The notes: generated by a model not told the origin, from the sequence alone. 63,412 bases of DNA, filler included, from Octopus bimaculoides (GCF_001194135.2; 4 parts of 4 records of this genome joined end to end with filler, not necessarily neighbours in it), one strand, 5' to 3'. Shown: positions 24,860-37,819, counted from the first letter of the whole stretch. Translations and numbers: made by a program.

Positions 24860-25660
24860 TCTTCCTTTTAAAGTGATACTTGAATAATTTTAGGTTGACC
24901 AAGGAGAAAAGTGCCAATCCTCAAACCTTTCAACCTTGTCTGCAGCAGAACCTCTTTTCTCTGTCTGGTGGCTGTAGTCACCAGACAGAGAAAACTGATT
25001 TCCTTGCCTGGTTGAAGAGAGTAGTGGGGCAATCATTATGATGGACTTGGCCAATAACCAGATCCATTTTACATACAATGGCACCAGCTGTTCAACAGAA
25101 TTCCCAAAATCCACAATGATTGCATGCAAAACAGTTTCGTTATTCCACACACATCTCAGATTGGCCTGTCTTACAGTACTTTCATACCTGTAGAGTTTAT
25201 TTTGAACCAGTAGTATATTCAGAAATATTTGTTGGTCTGAAGATTTTTGGAAGTTATCCATTGTAGTCCCTGGTCTGAAAATCCTCTGGAACAGAAGTAG
25301 ACATTTTGTTTCATTGATGTTCAGAGCTTTCCCAAGATCATTGCTCTTTCTTGCCACTGCTCCTTTATAAATTGCTACAGAGAAATTTCCACAGATCACA
25401 TTGGTCAACTAGTAGATGGTAATGAGAACCTGGTGACATTTGTAATGGCAGTCTCCTGGCACAAATCAGTCAATGTTGTTGACTGCATTTTAGTTAAAGC
25501 CACAGAGTTCATTAGATCTGTCCAGAGTTATCCCTCTTCGGTATTTCTCATTGATAATGGCTGAAGAGCTAGAGACATCGATATCTGGGAATCCAACAGA
25601 GGGCAACACTGGACAGATATGGTGCTTTTACACCTTTTTTACCATAAGAGAGAAATTTTC
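24860..25660 (-). mobile_element. Highly degenerate piggyBac-like transposase fossil
   Basis: Frameshifted peptides SPGSHYHLLVD, LRCVWNNETV and ...HQTEKR...KLFKYH resemble PGBD3-like PGHYHFVFDNFFTS, VCRWNDNSVV and the C-terminal Cys-rich tail; many stops. Confidence 0.4.
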
Positions 25661-25789
25661 TCTCCACAGCAACTGCAGTAAATATGTCTTTAACAGTTGA
25701 AATATGTCACAAACATTTTAACTAAACTAAACTCTACTTAGCACTGACATTACTGTAATATATATATTACATAACTCACATACAACAGG

Positions 25790-25950
25790 CAACTTTCACT
25801 TTCAGTCTACCAAATCCATTCCCAATGCATTGGTTGGTCTGGGGCTATATTGAAGAATACACTTGCCTAAGGTGCTATGCAGTGGCACTGAACTTAAAAC
25901 CACGTTGTTAAGAGATGAAATCAAACTTCTTAACCACAGCCACATCTGTG
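25790..25950 (-). mobile_element. tRNA-derived SINE family A head
   Basis: CTTTCAGT.CTACCAAATCCA.TC.CAA.GC.TTGGTTGG...CAGTGG.ACTGAAC...TTAACCACAGCCAC. Confidence 0.7.
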
Positions 25951-26204
25951 TCTACTGTAAGCTCTTATTATTTACTACTACAAAGATTGGTGAACTGGTA
26001 GAATTGTTAGCGTGCCAGACAAAAATGCTAAGCAGCATTTCCTCCAGCTCAAGTTCAAATTCTGTCAAGGTCATCTTTGCCTTATCATTTTGGGATCTAT
26101 GAAATAAAGTGCCAGTTAATTACTAGGGTTGATGTAATTGACTAACCCCTCCTCCAAAATTTCAGGTCATGTGCCTTTAATAGAGAGAATTATTTACTTA
26201 CCTC

Positions 26205-26335
26205 TAAGGCAGTGAGCTGGCAGAATCAACAGCACATTGGACAAATTGCTCAGTAGCATTTCTTTTGGTTTTATATTCTGAGTTCAAATCCCACCAAGGT
26301 CAATTTTACCTTTCGTCCTTTTGGTGTTAATGAAA
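26205..26335 (+). mobile_element. tRNA-derived SINE family B (CpG-depleted copy)
   Basis: AAGGCAGTGAGCTGGCAGAATCAACAGCAC...GAGTTCAAATCCCACCAAGGTCAATTTTACCTTTC. Confidence 0.7.
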
Positions 26336-27879
26336 TATAAAAAAAAAAAATTTTTTTAAAACTGTTGAGCACCAAGCTCTAATGTCTGCTTTGGCATTGT
26401 TTCTACAGCTGGATGCCCTTCCAAAATGCCAGCCACTTTACAGTGTGTACTGGGTGCCTTTTTTGTTTTCATGGTACCTACCCCAAGTACCTACAAGACA
26501 AGACCCTTCAAATGAGTAGAGGCATAGTATAGAGGGATATGTGAGTATGGTAGAGAAACAGGAGCAGGTGTCTTTGCACTCTGGAAAGAAAGAGAGATAA
26601 GATCAAGGTACAAGGTGAATATGAAAGGAAGAATAGGATAGAGAAACAGAAAAGGTATTGTATTTGTAATTTTTGCTTACACCACTGTTGCTATTGCGGT
26701 GGTGGTGGTGGCAGTTGTCAAGGTGGTGTTGATGTTGGTGTGTAATTCACCACCTGTACCAAATCTTCCGGTTTCCACCATGAGGAAGCTGCTTATTTTT
26801 CTCTTTTTTATTTTATTTTTTTTTCTCTCTTCCCAACTGCAAGGGTCTCTTGTTACACAGGGTCTCTTGCTTTGCCCTCATCCTCACGACGAAGGTACTC
26901 AAAGGTTTTTGCTGTCCATAAAGCATGAGAAAAAGGAAACAGGTGGGTTTGTGAGAGTGTTTTTGAGCATTTTTGTGTGCTGGTGAGATTACAAATGAAG
27001 GAGGGTCGCTTTTGTTTGTCTGTGGTGGTGGTGGTGGTGGTGGTGGTGGTGGCAGTGGTGGTGGTGACAGAACTGTTTCACAGGGCTCTTAATATTACTT
27101 TACATTGTTGTTGTCTTCCACCTCCTCCTCTTCTTCTCTTCCTCCTCCTTCCCTTGTTTTCCTTCTTCCTCTTCCTCCTCCTTCTTCTTCTTCTTGGTAA
27201 TACTGCCATGGTTGTTTATACTTTTTTTTGTTCTTGTTATTGTTCTCATTGCGGTGTTGTTGCTGTGTGTTTCTTACTGTTTTCCTTACATGCTTTTCTG
27301 CTGTTCCTTATCATTGCAGCAGCTGTAATACTGCCTTTGTTGATAGTTTGGCCAGTGGTGGAACGAACTGGCTGCCATGGAAGAAGTAACAGAGGTGAAT
27401 ACAAGAAGAAATGCTGCTAAATATCTTGTCCAATGTGCTTGTGATTTTTTTCCACCTTACTCCCTTTAATCCTTTTGATACCAACCCACCTGAAACTGCC
27501 TTTGTTTCAATGTTACAAATTCTGTTTTAAAGTGATCTAAATTAAAACTGTCTATCAAGATTTCATTTTAATTTGTATTCCAAATAATGACAAAGTTATT
27601 TTACAGCATACTTCATAATTTACAAAATTATTTACAAAATAACTTACAAAATTAAGTGAAACAATGTAATTGACATAACTACTCCTGGGTAAGACTAAGC
27701 CATCTCAAGCCAGTGTGGCAGAAAAGGCTCAACAAACCAGTATAATCTTAAGCTATTTTTTGGTGGAGAGAATATGTTGAGGCCTTTGTGCTGCAGTGGA
27801 CTGAACATAGGAAATCCAATCTAAAAACGTTTGGCCTAAATATTCTACCAGTTATGTGTTCAAACCGACCAGATTCTGC

Positions 27880-28195
27880 CTGTCACACCAACCCTAAGAT
27901 ATATCATTCTGAAAAATAAATGATCACAATGCGGTTGGCATTTGGGAAGGCCATCCAGCTGTAAAAGCCATACCAAAACTGATCTCACCTGTGATGGTGC
28001 CATGTAAAAATCACTCAGTCCACTCTGCTGGGTGGTTGGTGTTAAGAAGGGCATTCAACCATAAAAGCCATACCAAAACAGACACAGAAGCCTAGTGTAG
28101 TCTTCTACCTGGCTGGCTCCTGTCAAACCATCCAATCCATGCCAGCATGGAAGACAGACATTAAATGATGATGATCATCATCATCATCATCAACA
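27880..28195 (-). mobile_element. Family D repeat
   Basis: ...GGTTGGTGTTAAGAAGGGCATTCA.CC.TA.AA...CCATGCCAGCATGGAA...ATTAAATGATGATGAT. Confidence 0.7.
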
Positions 28196-28409
28196 TCATC
28201 AGAATCTCTCTCTCAATCTTAAAGTCAGTGCATGCTGACAGGAATATGGTAAAAAAAGGGTTAATTGCTTCAAATTTTTGATTAAGGCCATCAATTTCAA
28301 GAGCCGAGGATTAATTAGTTACATTGACCGATACCTGATTGATACTTTATTTTATTGGCCCTAAGAAGATGATGATCATGGTTGACCTTGGTGGGATATG
28401 AACAGTTTT

Positions 28410-28635
28410 ACTGTAAAAATATTGGTTTCAAATTTTGTCACAAGGTCAGCAGCTTTGGGGAGGAGCAAAATCAATTAAATCAACCCCAGTATTCAACTGG
28501 TACTTATTTTATAGACTCTGAAAGAATGAAAGGCAAAATCAACACAAACGGAATTTGAACTCAGAACATAAAGGTGGATGAAATATAACTAAGCTTTTTG
28601 CCCAGCATGCTAACAATTCTACCAACTCACCACTC
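28410..28635 (-). mobile_element. tRNA-derived SINE family B
   Basis: CCCCAGT.TTCAACTGGTACTTATTTTAT...GAAAGAATGAAAGGCAAA...GGAATTTGAACTCAGAAC...TTCTACCAACTCACC. Confidence 0.7.
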
Positions 28636-28994
28636 ATTTTACTGTAAAAAAAAATATTACACAGACAACACAAGAAAAGGAAGTAGGGGTGGGTATCACA
28701 TATTATGGACCACTTTTGCTGTTGATCAGCTTATCAAAGTTTAAAGCTGTTCAATACATCCTTCAGCTGTTTAAACATGTACACACACAACTCTTCGAAA
28801 CGCCAGTGTTAGAATGGTGGCGGCTGACGAAGGAAATGTTCTCTATGTGGCCTGTGTGTTTTCTGTACTGTGTTTATCATTTTGTCTACGTTTTGTTTGC
28901 AATATCCTGTACTCAGATATGCATCTATATATACAGGTAGATGTAGGTATGTACATACATGTACGTATATATGCATATACTCATTTATTATTTG

Positions 28995-29026
<32 letters not shown>

Positions 29027-29544
29027 NNNNNNNNNNNNNNNNNNNNNNNNNNNNNNNNNNNNNNNNNNNNNNNNNNNNNNNNNNNNNNNNNNNNNNNNNN
29101 NNNNNNNNNNNNNNNNNNNNNNNNNNNNNNNNNNNNNNNNNNNNNNNNNNNNNNNNNNNNNNNNNNNNNNNNNNNNNNNNNNNNNNNNNNNNNNNNNNNN
29201 NNNNNNNNNNNNNNNNNNNNNNNNNNNNNNNNNNNNNNNNNNNNNNNNNNNNNNNNNNNNNNNNNNNNNNNNNNNNNNNNNNNNNNNNNNNNNNNNNNNN
29301 NNNNNNNNNNNNNNNNNNNNNNNNNNNNNNNNNNNNNNNNNNNNNNNNNNNNNNNNNNNNNNNNNNNNNNNNNNNNNNNNNNNNNNNNNNNNNNNNNNNN
29401 NNNNNNNNNNNNNNNNNNNNNNNNNNNNNNNNNNNNNNNNNNNNNNNNNNNNNNNNNNNNNNNNNNNNNNNNNNNNNNNNNNNNNNNNNNNNNNNNNNNN
29501 NNNNNNNNNNATTATCAATATTGTTAAGAACTCTTCTATCTATC

Positions 29545-29590
<46 letters not shown>

Positions 29591-29595
<5 letters not shown>

Positions 29596-29840
29596 TTCCT
29601 ATCATAGTAGGTGCCTTAGGTATAATAAAAAATATTCAGACAAATACATAACAAAAACACCAGGACTTACAAATATATATAACATACAGAAAATTGCACT
29701 ACTGGGTACTGCACACATTCTACGCAAAACACTTTCAATACAGTAAACATAAGAGCACCACAGCAAACCACAGCACATACCCAAGGCGCACAGAGCTGCG
29801 CTCGGTAGTGAAGTGAAAGTACGTTATAAAAATAAAACTA

Positions 29841-29845
<5 letters not shown>
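29591..29845 (+). mobile_element. R4/Dong-like non-LTR retrotransposon 3' end, between two (AAT)n tracts
   Basis: TIPIIVGALGIIK...IQKIALLGTAHILRKTLSIQ* is the typical end of the restriction-like endonuclease domain; followed by a short 3' UTR. Confidence 0.8.
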
Positions 29846-29875
<30 letters not shown>

Positions 29876-30066
29876 TAATAATATCCTTTCATGAATTTAT
29901 TTATTTATTAACTTTTTTAAATACATATTTTACCTGTGATTTTGCGTGTGTAAACTGGGAATGCATACAATGAGCTTCTCTGCCCTAGGTGTATGGAAAA
30001 CACTCGACGAGAAATGGAAGAAAATTTGAAGAAAGTAGAAAAAAGAAAAACAACATAATAATAATA

Positions 30067-31089
30067 ATAACAAGAGCACTCAGAGAGTGCAAACCTCCAC
30101 CAAGGCAACACCAATGTCCTCTCAATGATTAGCTGGAGAGGATTATTAATGAGAATATATGAAATAAACTCGACTGTTCTCACAAACGAGAATACTAAAA
30201 ATGAACCTGATCGCTCCCAAAAATTAAGTAAAAAAAAACAGAAAAAGAATCCAGAATCCTTGTCTGGTATCTGATTGATCCCAATGGTAGTCATGGAATG
30301 TGAAAGTGAGTGTACAAGCCATGTTTATAATGCTGTGTGTGTGTCGTCTGCAGTGGGAACAGGGACAGTTCTCTCTATGAAGGCCTTTTTTAGTCTATCC
30401 ACTGATATAGTGTCTTTATGAAAAATTTATCCATGCATGAAAGAAAACGGAAAGGACCTCCATACATTGCTGTTAACAGAGGTTTGACAACATCGTTGCA
30501 CACAAAAACGTGAGTCCAAGAAGTAAAGCTTTCATCAAGGCAGAGCTAGAAAAGCAATTGTCAAGTAGGTAAGAGGTTTTAAACAGGAGCAATATATTCA
30601 AAATTGGTAAAATTAAATATTGTCGGCGATAAATTAAATTTATTATTGATACTGAATATGTTAGTATTATTTAATTTCTGAACAGTTTTGCTGCCATTTG
30701 TTTTTGTAGTTTGATTTCTTTATCCATCAGTTTCTGCTAAGATAGAGACACGAGTAAAATTAATAATAGAGAAACGAAAATAAAACTTTGGAAACAGCAA
30801 CACTACTGGAAACCTTGAGCATGCTTTCATGGGAGATAATCGGAGAAAGACTTGAAAGTGAATGTAAGATCGTAATACTTCATGTAAAGTAAAGTAAATA
30901 TAACAAATAATCCAGAATTCTTGCCTGGTACTGACTGATCCCAAAATCTAATCAGTTTGTACCAGTCACAAGGCCAAACATCCCTGAAAGTTTCATCCGA
31001 ATCCATCCAGTGTTTCTTGAGATATCTTGTCCATGGACAAACAAACAAACATAACTGAAAACAATACCTCTGCAGTTGTTAAGGCAGAA

Positions 31090-31092
<3 letters not shown>
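30067..31092. mobile_element. Helentron-associated non-autonomous element (HINE/DINE-1-like)
   Basis: 5' AACAAGAGCACTCAGAGAGTGCAAACCTCCACCAAGGC and 3' ACAAACAAACAAAC...GAAAACAATACCTCTGC...AAGGCAGAAGTAAT correspond to the sub-terminal inverted repeat, microsatellite and 3' hairpin layout. Confidence 0.5.
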
Positions 31093-31133
<41 letters not shown>

Positions 31134-31136
<3 letters not shown>

Positions 31137-31790
31137 ACCATCGATCATGTTGTCTCCATGTGCAGTTTGCTTGCGCCTACAGAGTATCTCAACAGGCATG
31201 ATAGAGCTGCACAATATATTCACTGGGTAATTTGCAAAACCCTGGACTTGCCCCATAATAAAAACTGGTGGGAACACAAACCACCCCCAGTACTTGAAAA
31301 TGATCACATCGCACTCCTCTAGAACTTCACCATTCAAACTGACAGAAAGATAGATGCAAATAGGCCAGACATCATACTGAAAGGCTTCAGACAAAAATCA
31401 TGCCTCCTCATTGATATGACTGTCTCAATCGATATAAACGTATCTGTCAAGACCTACCAAAAACTGAGCAAATATAAAGATCTTNNNNNNNNNNNTACCT
31501 AGCTCAGATACCAGGAAACCCCAAAATGGCTGAAGTTCAAAAGATAGTGCTCATGGGAACTGCCCATATCCTACATAAAATACTGTCTATGTGATCTCAA
31601 ATTTTAAAACAAACACATAATTTTCTTATGGTTTCTTAAACATTCTCTAGAACAACACTATGTACAAATCCAAATATATGGTACCCTAGGCATAACACCT
31701 ACATGAACTTCTAACTTGTTGTCTCTTGAGGTCTCTGGGTGAGACTTGGATCCAACTTGTACAAATGCAAAGCAAAAGTCAAACATAAAA
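31134..31790 (+). mobile_element. 5'-truncated R4/Dong-like retrotransposon (zinc-knuckle end, endonuclease, 3' UTR)
   Basis: ETIDHVVSMC...YLNRHDRAAQYIHW...WWEHKP...TIQTDRKIDANRPDII...LIDMTV...QKLSKYKDL...GTAHILHK; (TAA)n on both sides. Confidence 0.9.
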
Positions 31791-31852
31791 TAATAATAAT
31801 AATACAATGATGATTTAAAGCTCTTTGTAAAAAAATAACCAAGTACAGGGCT

Positions 31853-33655
31853 TACTAGCAATTGTTAAACAGTTCAGTGATTAGACATCAGGATGGAATT
31901 TGGCCTCAATAAATGTGCAAAAGCTACCTTTATCAGAGAAAATGATAGAAACATCCAACATTAATCTTTACCAAAAGGATTTAGAAACAGCAGAGAACTA
32001 CAAATATCAGTCAGGACTTACAGTTTCAATATTATTCACTGGTCAATTTTTGAAATCTATAATCTTGACAGAAAAAGACAAAAATTGTTGACAATGCATA
32101 GAATGCACCACCCTAAGGTAGATATAGAACGACTCTACCTGCCAAAAAAAAAGAGGGTGGCCATGGACTTTTACAACTGGAATTAACAATGAAGATTGCC
32201 ACAATTGGTCTAGATACCTACCTGAAAAACTCTGAGGACTGAATCTTAAAACTTGTCTTAAAGCATGAAAACAAGAAAACATTACACTCAGTAACAAAAC
32301 AGGCAAAGAAATATCTAAGTAAATTCCAAATACAACAAATCCCAGAATTAGACATACTGGAAACAAGCACAGAAAAAGCTAAGCATATGAAAACCCGTGC
32401 TAAAACTGCTGCTTTAGATATTCTTACTGATAAATGGCAAGAAAAGCCCCTTAATGGCAAATACCCAAAGAGAACTAATAAGGCCAATGTTGACAAAGCC
32501 CTTACCCATCAATGGTTGACAAAGCCCTCACCTATCTAGCTTAAAATCAGAGACAGAAAGGTTTATCATAGCTGCCCGAGATCAATGCCTTCCTACAAGA
32601 AGCTACCAGGCCAACAGCTTAAAGAACAGCAATAGCCCAACATATCATGTATGTAAACAACAAAATGAAACCATTGATAATTTTGTCTCCGTGTGCAGTT
32701 TTCTTGCATCTACATAGTATCTCAACAGGCATAATAGGGCAGCACAGTAGATTCACTGGGTAATTTGCTAAGATTTGGATCTGCCCCATGATAAAAACTG
32801 GTGGGAACACAAACCACTCCAGTGCTTGAATATGACATCTCACACCTTTGGAACTTCACCATTCAAACTAACAGAAAGATAGATGTAAATAACCCAGACA
32901 TTATACTGAAGGACAAAAGTCATGCCTTCTCATTGATATGAGTGACCCAATCAACATGAATGTATATATCAAGACCTACCAAAGACTGAGCAAGTATAAA
33001 GATCTTGAAATAGAAATTGGCAAAATGTAGAACTGTCCGACTAAAACAATAGCTGTTGTCATAGGTGCCCTGAGAATGATAGCAAAAGGGGCTGATTGCT
33101 ACGTAGCTCAGATACCAGGAAATCCCAAAATGGAAGAAATTCAAAAATAGTGATCGTGGGAACTGCCCATATCCTACGTAAAGTATTGTCTACGTAATCC
33201 CCCAAACATTTTAATCTGTAAACAGTGTCAAATTACTTTTAAATGTACACTCTCGGAGTAGTTGGCGTTAGGAAGGGCATCCAGCTGTAGAAACTCTGCC
33301 AAATCAGATTGGAGGCTGGTGTTGCCATCTGGTTTCACCAGTCCTCAGTCAAATCGTCCAACCTATGCTAGCATGGAAAGCGGACGTTAAACGATGATGA
33401 TGATGATAACAGCAAACACCTTTTACTACCATCTTAACATCACACTATCATTTTTTAATCAAATTACTTTTAAAACAAACTTCTCATTTACTTTTGTTTT
33501 GACAGACATTCTCTAGAACAATACTCTGTGCAAAACCAAATATATGGCACCCTAGTCATAACACTAACTTGAACTTATAACTTGTCTCTTGAGGTTTCTG
33601 GGTGAGACTTGGAGTCAACTTGTACAAATACAAAACAAAAGCCAAACATAATAAT
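31853..33655 (+). mobile_element. Longer R4/Dong-like retrotransposon fragment (RT C-terminus, endonuclease, 3' UTR) interrupted by a family D insertion
   Basis: IRMEFGLNKCAKATF...LYLPKK.GGHGL...KWQEKPLNGKYP...LKSETE.FIIAARDQ...; its 3' UTR matches 31600-31790. Confidence 0.85.
33245..33410 (-). mobile_element. Family D repeat (well-preserved copy)
   Basis: ACTCTCGGAGTAGTTGGCGTTAGGAAGGGCATCCAGCTGTAGAAACTCTGCC...GCATGGAAAGCGGACGTTAAACGATGATGAT. Confidence 0.85.
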
Positions 33656-34211
33656 TATTTCCACTCTAGGTACATTTATTGAAATTTTGGGAAAGTGGTG
33701 GAGGTTAGTTGAGTACATTGACCTTGGTACTTGACTGGTATTTTATTTTTATCAACTTCAAAACTATGAATGGCAAAGCTATCTTCTGCAGCATTTGAAC
33801 TCAGAAATTAAAAAGCCAAACGAAATGGTGCTAAGCATTTTATCCAATGTGCTAATGAGTTTGCAGCTTGCCACCTTTGTAAGAATAATAATAATAATAA
33901 TATTAATGATAATAATAATAATGATAATGATAATGATGACGATGATGATGATGATGACGATGACGATAATAATAATAATAATAATAATATAAAAAGCAAC
34001 GATAAAAAAATAAATAGCCTTGGCAGTGCCTCTTATACACAAGTGACCTCAGCACTTTGTTGCCAAATCTGAGGCAGCGCTGACAGATAAGATGGAAACT
34101 TGATATCTTAGTTTGTGAAAGTCGAGATCTTTATATTCATGATGAGGTGAGAAACTTGAGATATTATTGGAGATTATAATTTAAATTTAACCAGGTAGAA
34201 ACAAATAAGAG

Positions 34212-34255
<44 letters not shown>

Positions 34256-34604
34256 CATACACACGCGCATAAACATATATATATATCTATATATATACAT
34301 ATATGCATGTGTGTGTGTGTGTGTGTTTATTTTTACAGATAACTTTAAAAACTAGTTCAGGAGAGAATTAGAAATCAGCAACATTTAAGTTCAGCTTTAC
34401 GTCAATGCTTAACTGAAAGCCTACTGGATGTTTGTTGTTGACTTTATGCGACTGCTGTTTCATCCTCTGAGAAGTGTTACATTGTTTTGAAAGTTTGTTT
34501 GTTATATAATAAGCTCTGTTTAATTTGATACTTGCATGAAGGTCTTTAAATTAATAAGTGAACAAAAATCTTAACATGTATCATTTCTCAAAGATGAATT
34601 CTCT

Positions 34605-34791
34605 CTATACTCTTTTAACTCTTTTACTTGTTTCAGTCATTTGACTGTGGCCATGCTGGAGCACTGCCTTTAGTCGAGCAAATCGACGCCTAGTACTTAT
34701 TCGATCGGTTTCTTTTTTCAAACTGCTAAGTTATGGAGACGTAAACACACCAGCATCGGTTGCCAAGCGATGTTGGGGGGGACAAACACAG

Positions 34792-34838
<47 letters not shown>

Positions 34839-35271
34839 NNNNNNNNNNNNNNNNNNNNNNNNNNNNNNNNNNNNNNNNNNNNNNNNNNNNNNNNNNNNNN
34901 NNNNNNNNNNNNNNNNNNNNNNNNNNNNNNNNNNNNNNNNNNNNNNNNNNNNNNNNNNNNNNNNNNNNNNNNNNNNNNNNNNNNNNNNNNNNNNNNNNNN
35001 NNNNNNNNNNNNNNNNNNNNNNNNNNNNNNNNNNNNNNNNNNNNNNNNNNNNNNNNNNNNNNNNNNNNNNNNNNNNNNNNNNNNNNNNNNNNNNNNNNNN
35101 NNNNNNNNNNNNNNNNNNNNNNNNNNNNNNNNNNNNNNNNNNNNNNNNNNNNNNNNNNNNNNNNNNNNNNNNNNNNNNNNNNNNNNNNNNNNNNNNNNNN
35201 NNNNNNNNNNNNNNNNNNNNNNNNNNNNAATATATACATGTATATATTCATAAAAGCCTGTTGTGTGTGTG

Positions 35272-35311
<40 letters not shown>

Positions 35312-35460
35312 GGGCTTCTTTCAGTTTCCATCTACTAAATCTACTCACAAAGCTTTGGTCGGCCCAGGGCCACAGTAAATGACACCCAAGATGCCATGCA
35401 CTGGTACTGAACCCAGAACCATGTGGTTGAGAAGCAAGCTTCTTACCACACAGCCATGTC
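34605..35460 (-). mobile_element. Composite SINE (family A head 35310-35460, microsatellite/gap, family C tail 34605-34800)
   Basis: Same modules as 18323-18830, in reverse orientation. Confidence 0.75.
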
Positions 35461-36449
35461 TGTGTCTTTATCCTTGTTGCATTATTTTAACCAATCAGAA
35501 ATTTAAATTTTAATCAGTCAGAAACCAGAAGTATGTTAAGCTATAGTTTTATGTTTGCATTAACCATTTAGTTACTGTATTTCTGTTGAAATACACTGCC
35601 ATTTTTTCAATTAATTTAGAAAATATTGAAGAAATTAGTATATAAATTTTGCTGTTAGTAAGCGGGTGTTTGTAACATAAATTAGCATTGAAGTTTTGAT
35701 GGAAGATTTAAATTTAAATCACTTTAACACTTTTGTTAACATATTCCTTTTGAAAGGCATTGTCTTTGTTTCAATTAACTGTGAAACTTTGAAAAGACTT
35801 AGCAACATAATTTATCATTATTGAATTAGTATTTTGAACATAAATTAATATGAAATTTTGATGGAAGTCTTGAGATCATTTTAAAACAGGAAGTTTGTAT
35901 TAGAGAACCAGGGCACTCTTAGGTTAGATAAAAAGGTTAAACAAGTGAAAACTATTTGTGTTCTTTTGGCTCATTTTTTTTGATTCTAGACAAGTCTCAC
36001 TTTCATCATCATCATCATTCACTTTCTATATTAGACAACAGTTAGACATGTTATCCTAATCCAAAACAGATCTTGTTCAGAATTACTGCCCCTTACTGCC
36101 ATTTGTGTCCCAAGATCACAATCTCTTGTAATCAAGGAACTTAACAACAAAAAGCCAAGATCCTTAAATCTGGCTCATGTAGCAGTTTTTTTCCCCCTAT
36201 TTGACAGCAACAGCCGTCTCCTGTAGGCTTTTGCTTGTTTTATTCATTTAATTTTTTACAAGATTACCATCATTCATGAAATATGGTCTCACAAAATGTT
36301 ACCATATGCATGAATTTCTTTCAACAGAATCACAGAGTTTTGGTACTGTGTTTTCATTGATTTTTGGATTAATTCCCCTCTTTTAATCTCTTCCTCTTAC
36401 CCCTCATCCCTATTCTCCTCTTCCTCTTCTTCTTCTTCTTCTTCTTCTT

Positions 36450-36481
<32 letters not shown>

Positions 36482-36900
36482 ACTACTGCTGTTGAAAATT
36501 CTGGGATTTTCAAATCTATATTAAGCTTATTTATGTGCAACGGAAGCTGTTTTAGTACCAAACAGTAATCTTTATATCTCACTTAACATGGGTATACTGA
36601 TATACTTTAAGAACACCATAATACAGAGGTATTCATCATGAGAATATTGATGTAAGTGCTAAAAAGTACACAATTATCAGTAGTGGACAAAAAATGTCTA
36701 GCAACAGCGGTAGAACTGCTAGATCATGCGATTTCTGCATGTATGCATATCATCAGCAGCAAGTATTGACTATCAGCACAATACTGATAACCTAGTGTAG
36801 AACAATATACATATACCCTTGAATGAAGTGTTAGTTGAGTACAGAGCAATAACAAAAAAAGAGATAACAAAAGAATAAGTGATTATCTTATGAACTTCAT

Positions 36901-36984
36901 TAGCTTACAACTGTTTTCTCTATACGATGTGGTGGACTCATTGTTGAGTGCCTGAATAACACCTTATAGCTTCATAAGAGCTTC
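36901..36984 (-). ncRNA. Degenerate minimal type-I hammerhead-ribozyme-like motif
   Basis: AGCU-CUUAUGA-AG-CUAUA...UAUAG-A-GAAA-ACAGUUGU-A-AGCU. Stem I is 4 bp, stem III is near-palindromic, the core carries a G5-to-U change. Confidence 0.4.
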
Positions 36985-37029
36985 AAATATGAATTGCACT
37001 TCATATTTGAAACTTTATTGAAACTGTGT

Positions 37030-37340
37030 ACATACATACATACATACATACATACACACATACATACATACATACATACACATATGGTAGTTGTCTACTC
37101 CTTACACAGAGTTTGACCACCTCCTGCACCTATACCTTAGCCCTTTCATGGCATCTGATGTGACTTTTTAAACCAGACAATGTTTTGAAAAAACACCCAC
37201 ACAGATTGCACCTCTGATTTGTACTACCAATACCTGCAGGTAAGTTCTGCTCATTGTGGATCCTAACATGTCTTTTAAGACCCCCATTGGATTTGCAAGC
37301 CCTCTGGCACACACCACATTCAAACGTGTGCACAGACATA
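37030..37340 (-). mobile_element. Retroelement 3' end encoding two C2H2 zinc fingers, with (TATG)n tail
   Basis: FECGVCQRACKSNGGLKRHVRIH...CNLCGCFFKTLSGLKSHIRCH...KV*, about 50 nt of 3' UTR, then the microsatellite. Confidence 0.7.
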
Positions 37341-37819
37341 TAATCAGAATAGCTGGTTGAAGTTTGTTTTCCATGGGTTCACAGGTGAGATTTGAGGCCA
37401 GACAGGCATGGTCAGTCACAGACTGTGCACACATACATACGTACATACATACATACATACATACATACATACATACATACATACATACATACATACATAC
37501 GTACGTACGTACATACACACATACATACATACATACATACATACATACATACACACATACATTAATATGTGCAACTAAGTTTTCATAAATTAGAAACCTT
37601 AAAATAATATTCTATCCATAATTAGAATCTCAATGAAGGCAATCATGGATTGTCAGTGTATGTTATAATAAAAACATGAAAATCTCAATAAACCAAGGAA
37701 CTTAGAACCCTATGAGAATGAAGGACAACTTAGAACAATGAGACCTTAAAACATAAAAGATTCATAAGAAAAAAAAACATATTAAGCATATACTCCCTTC
37801 ATCAGCTATTATCAGATAC

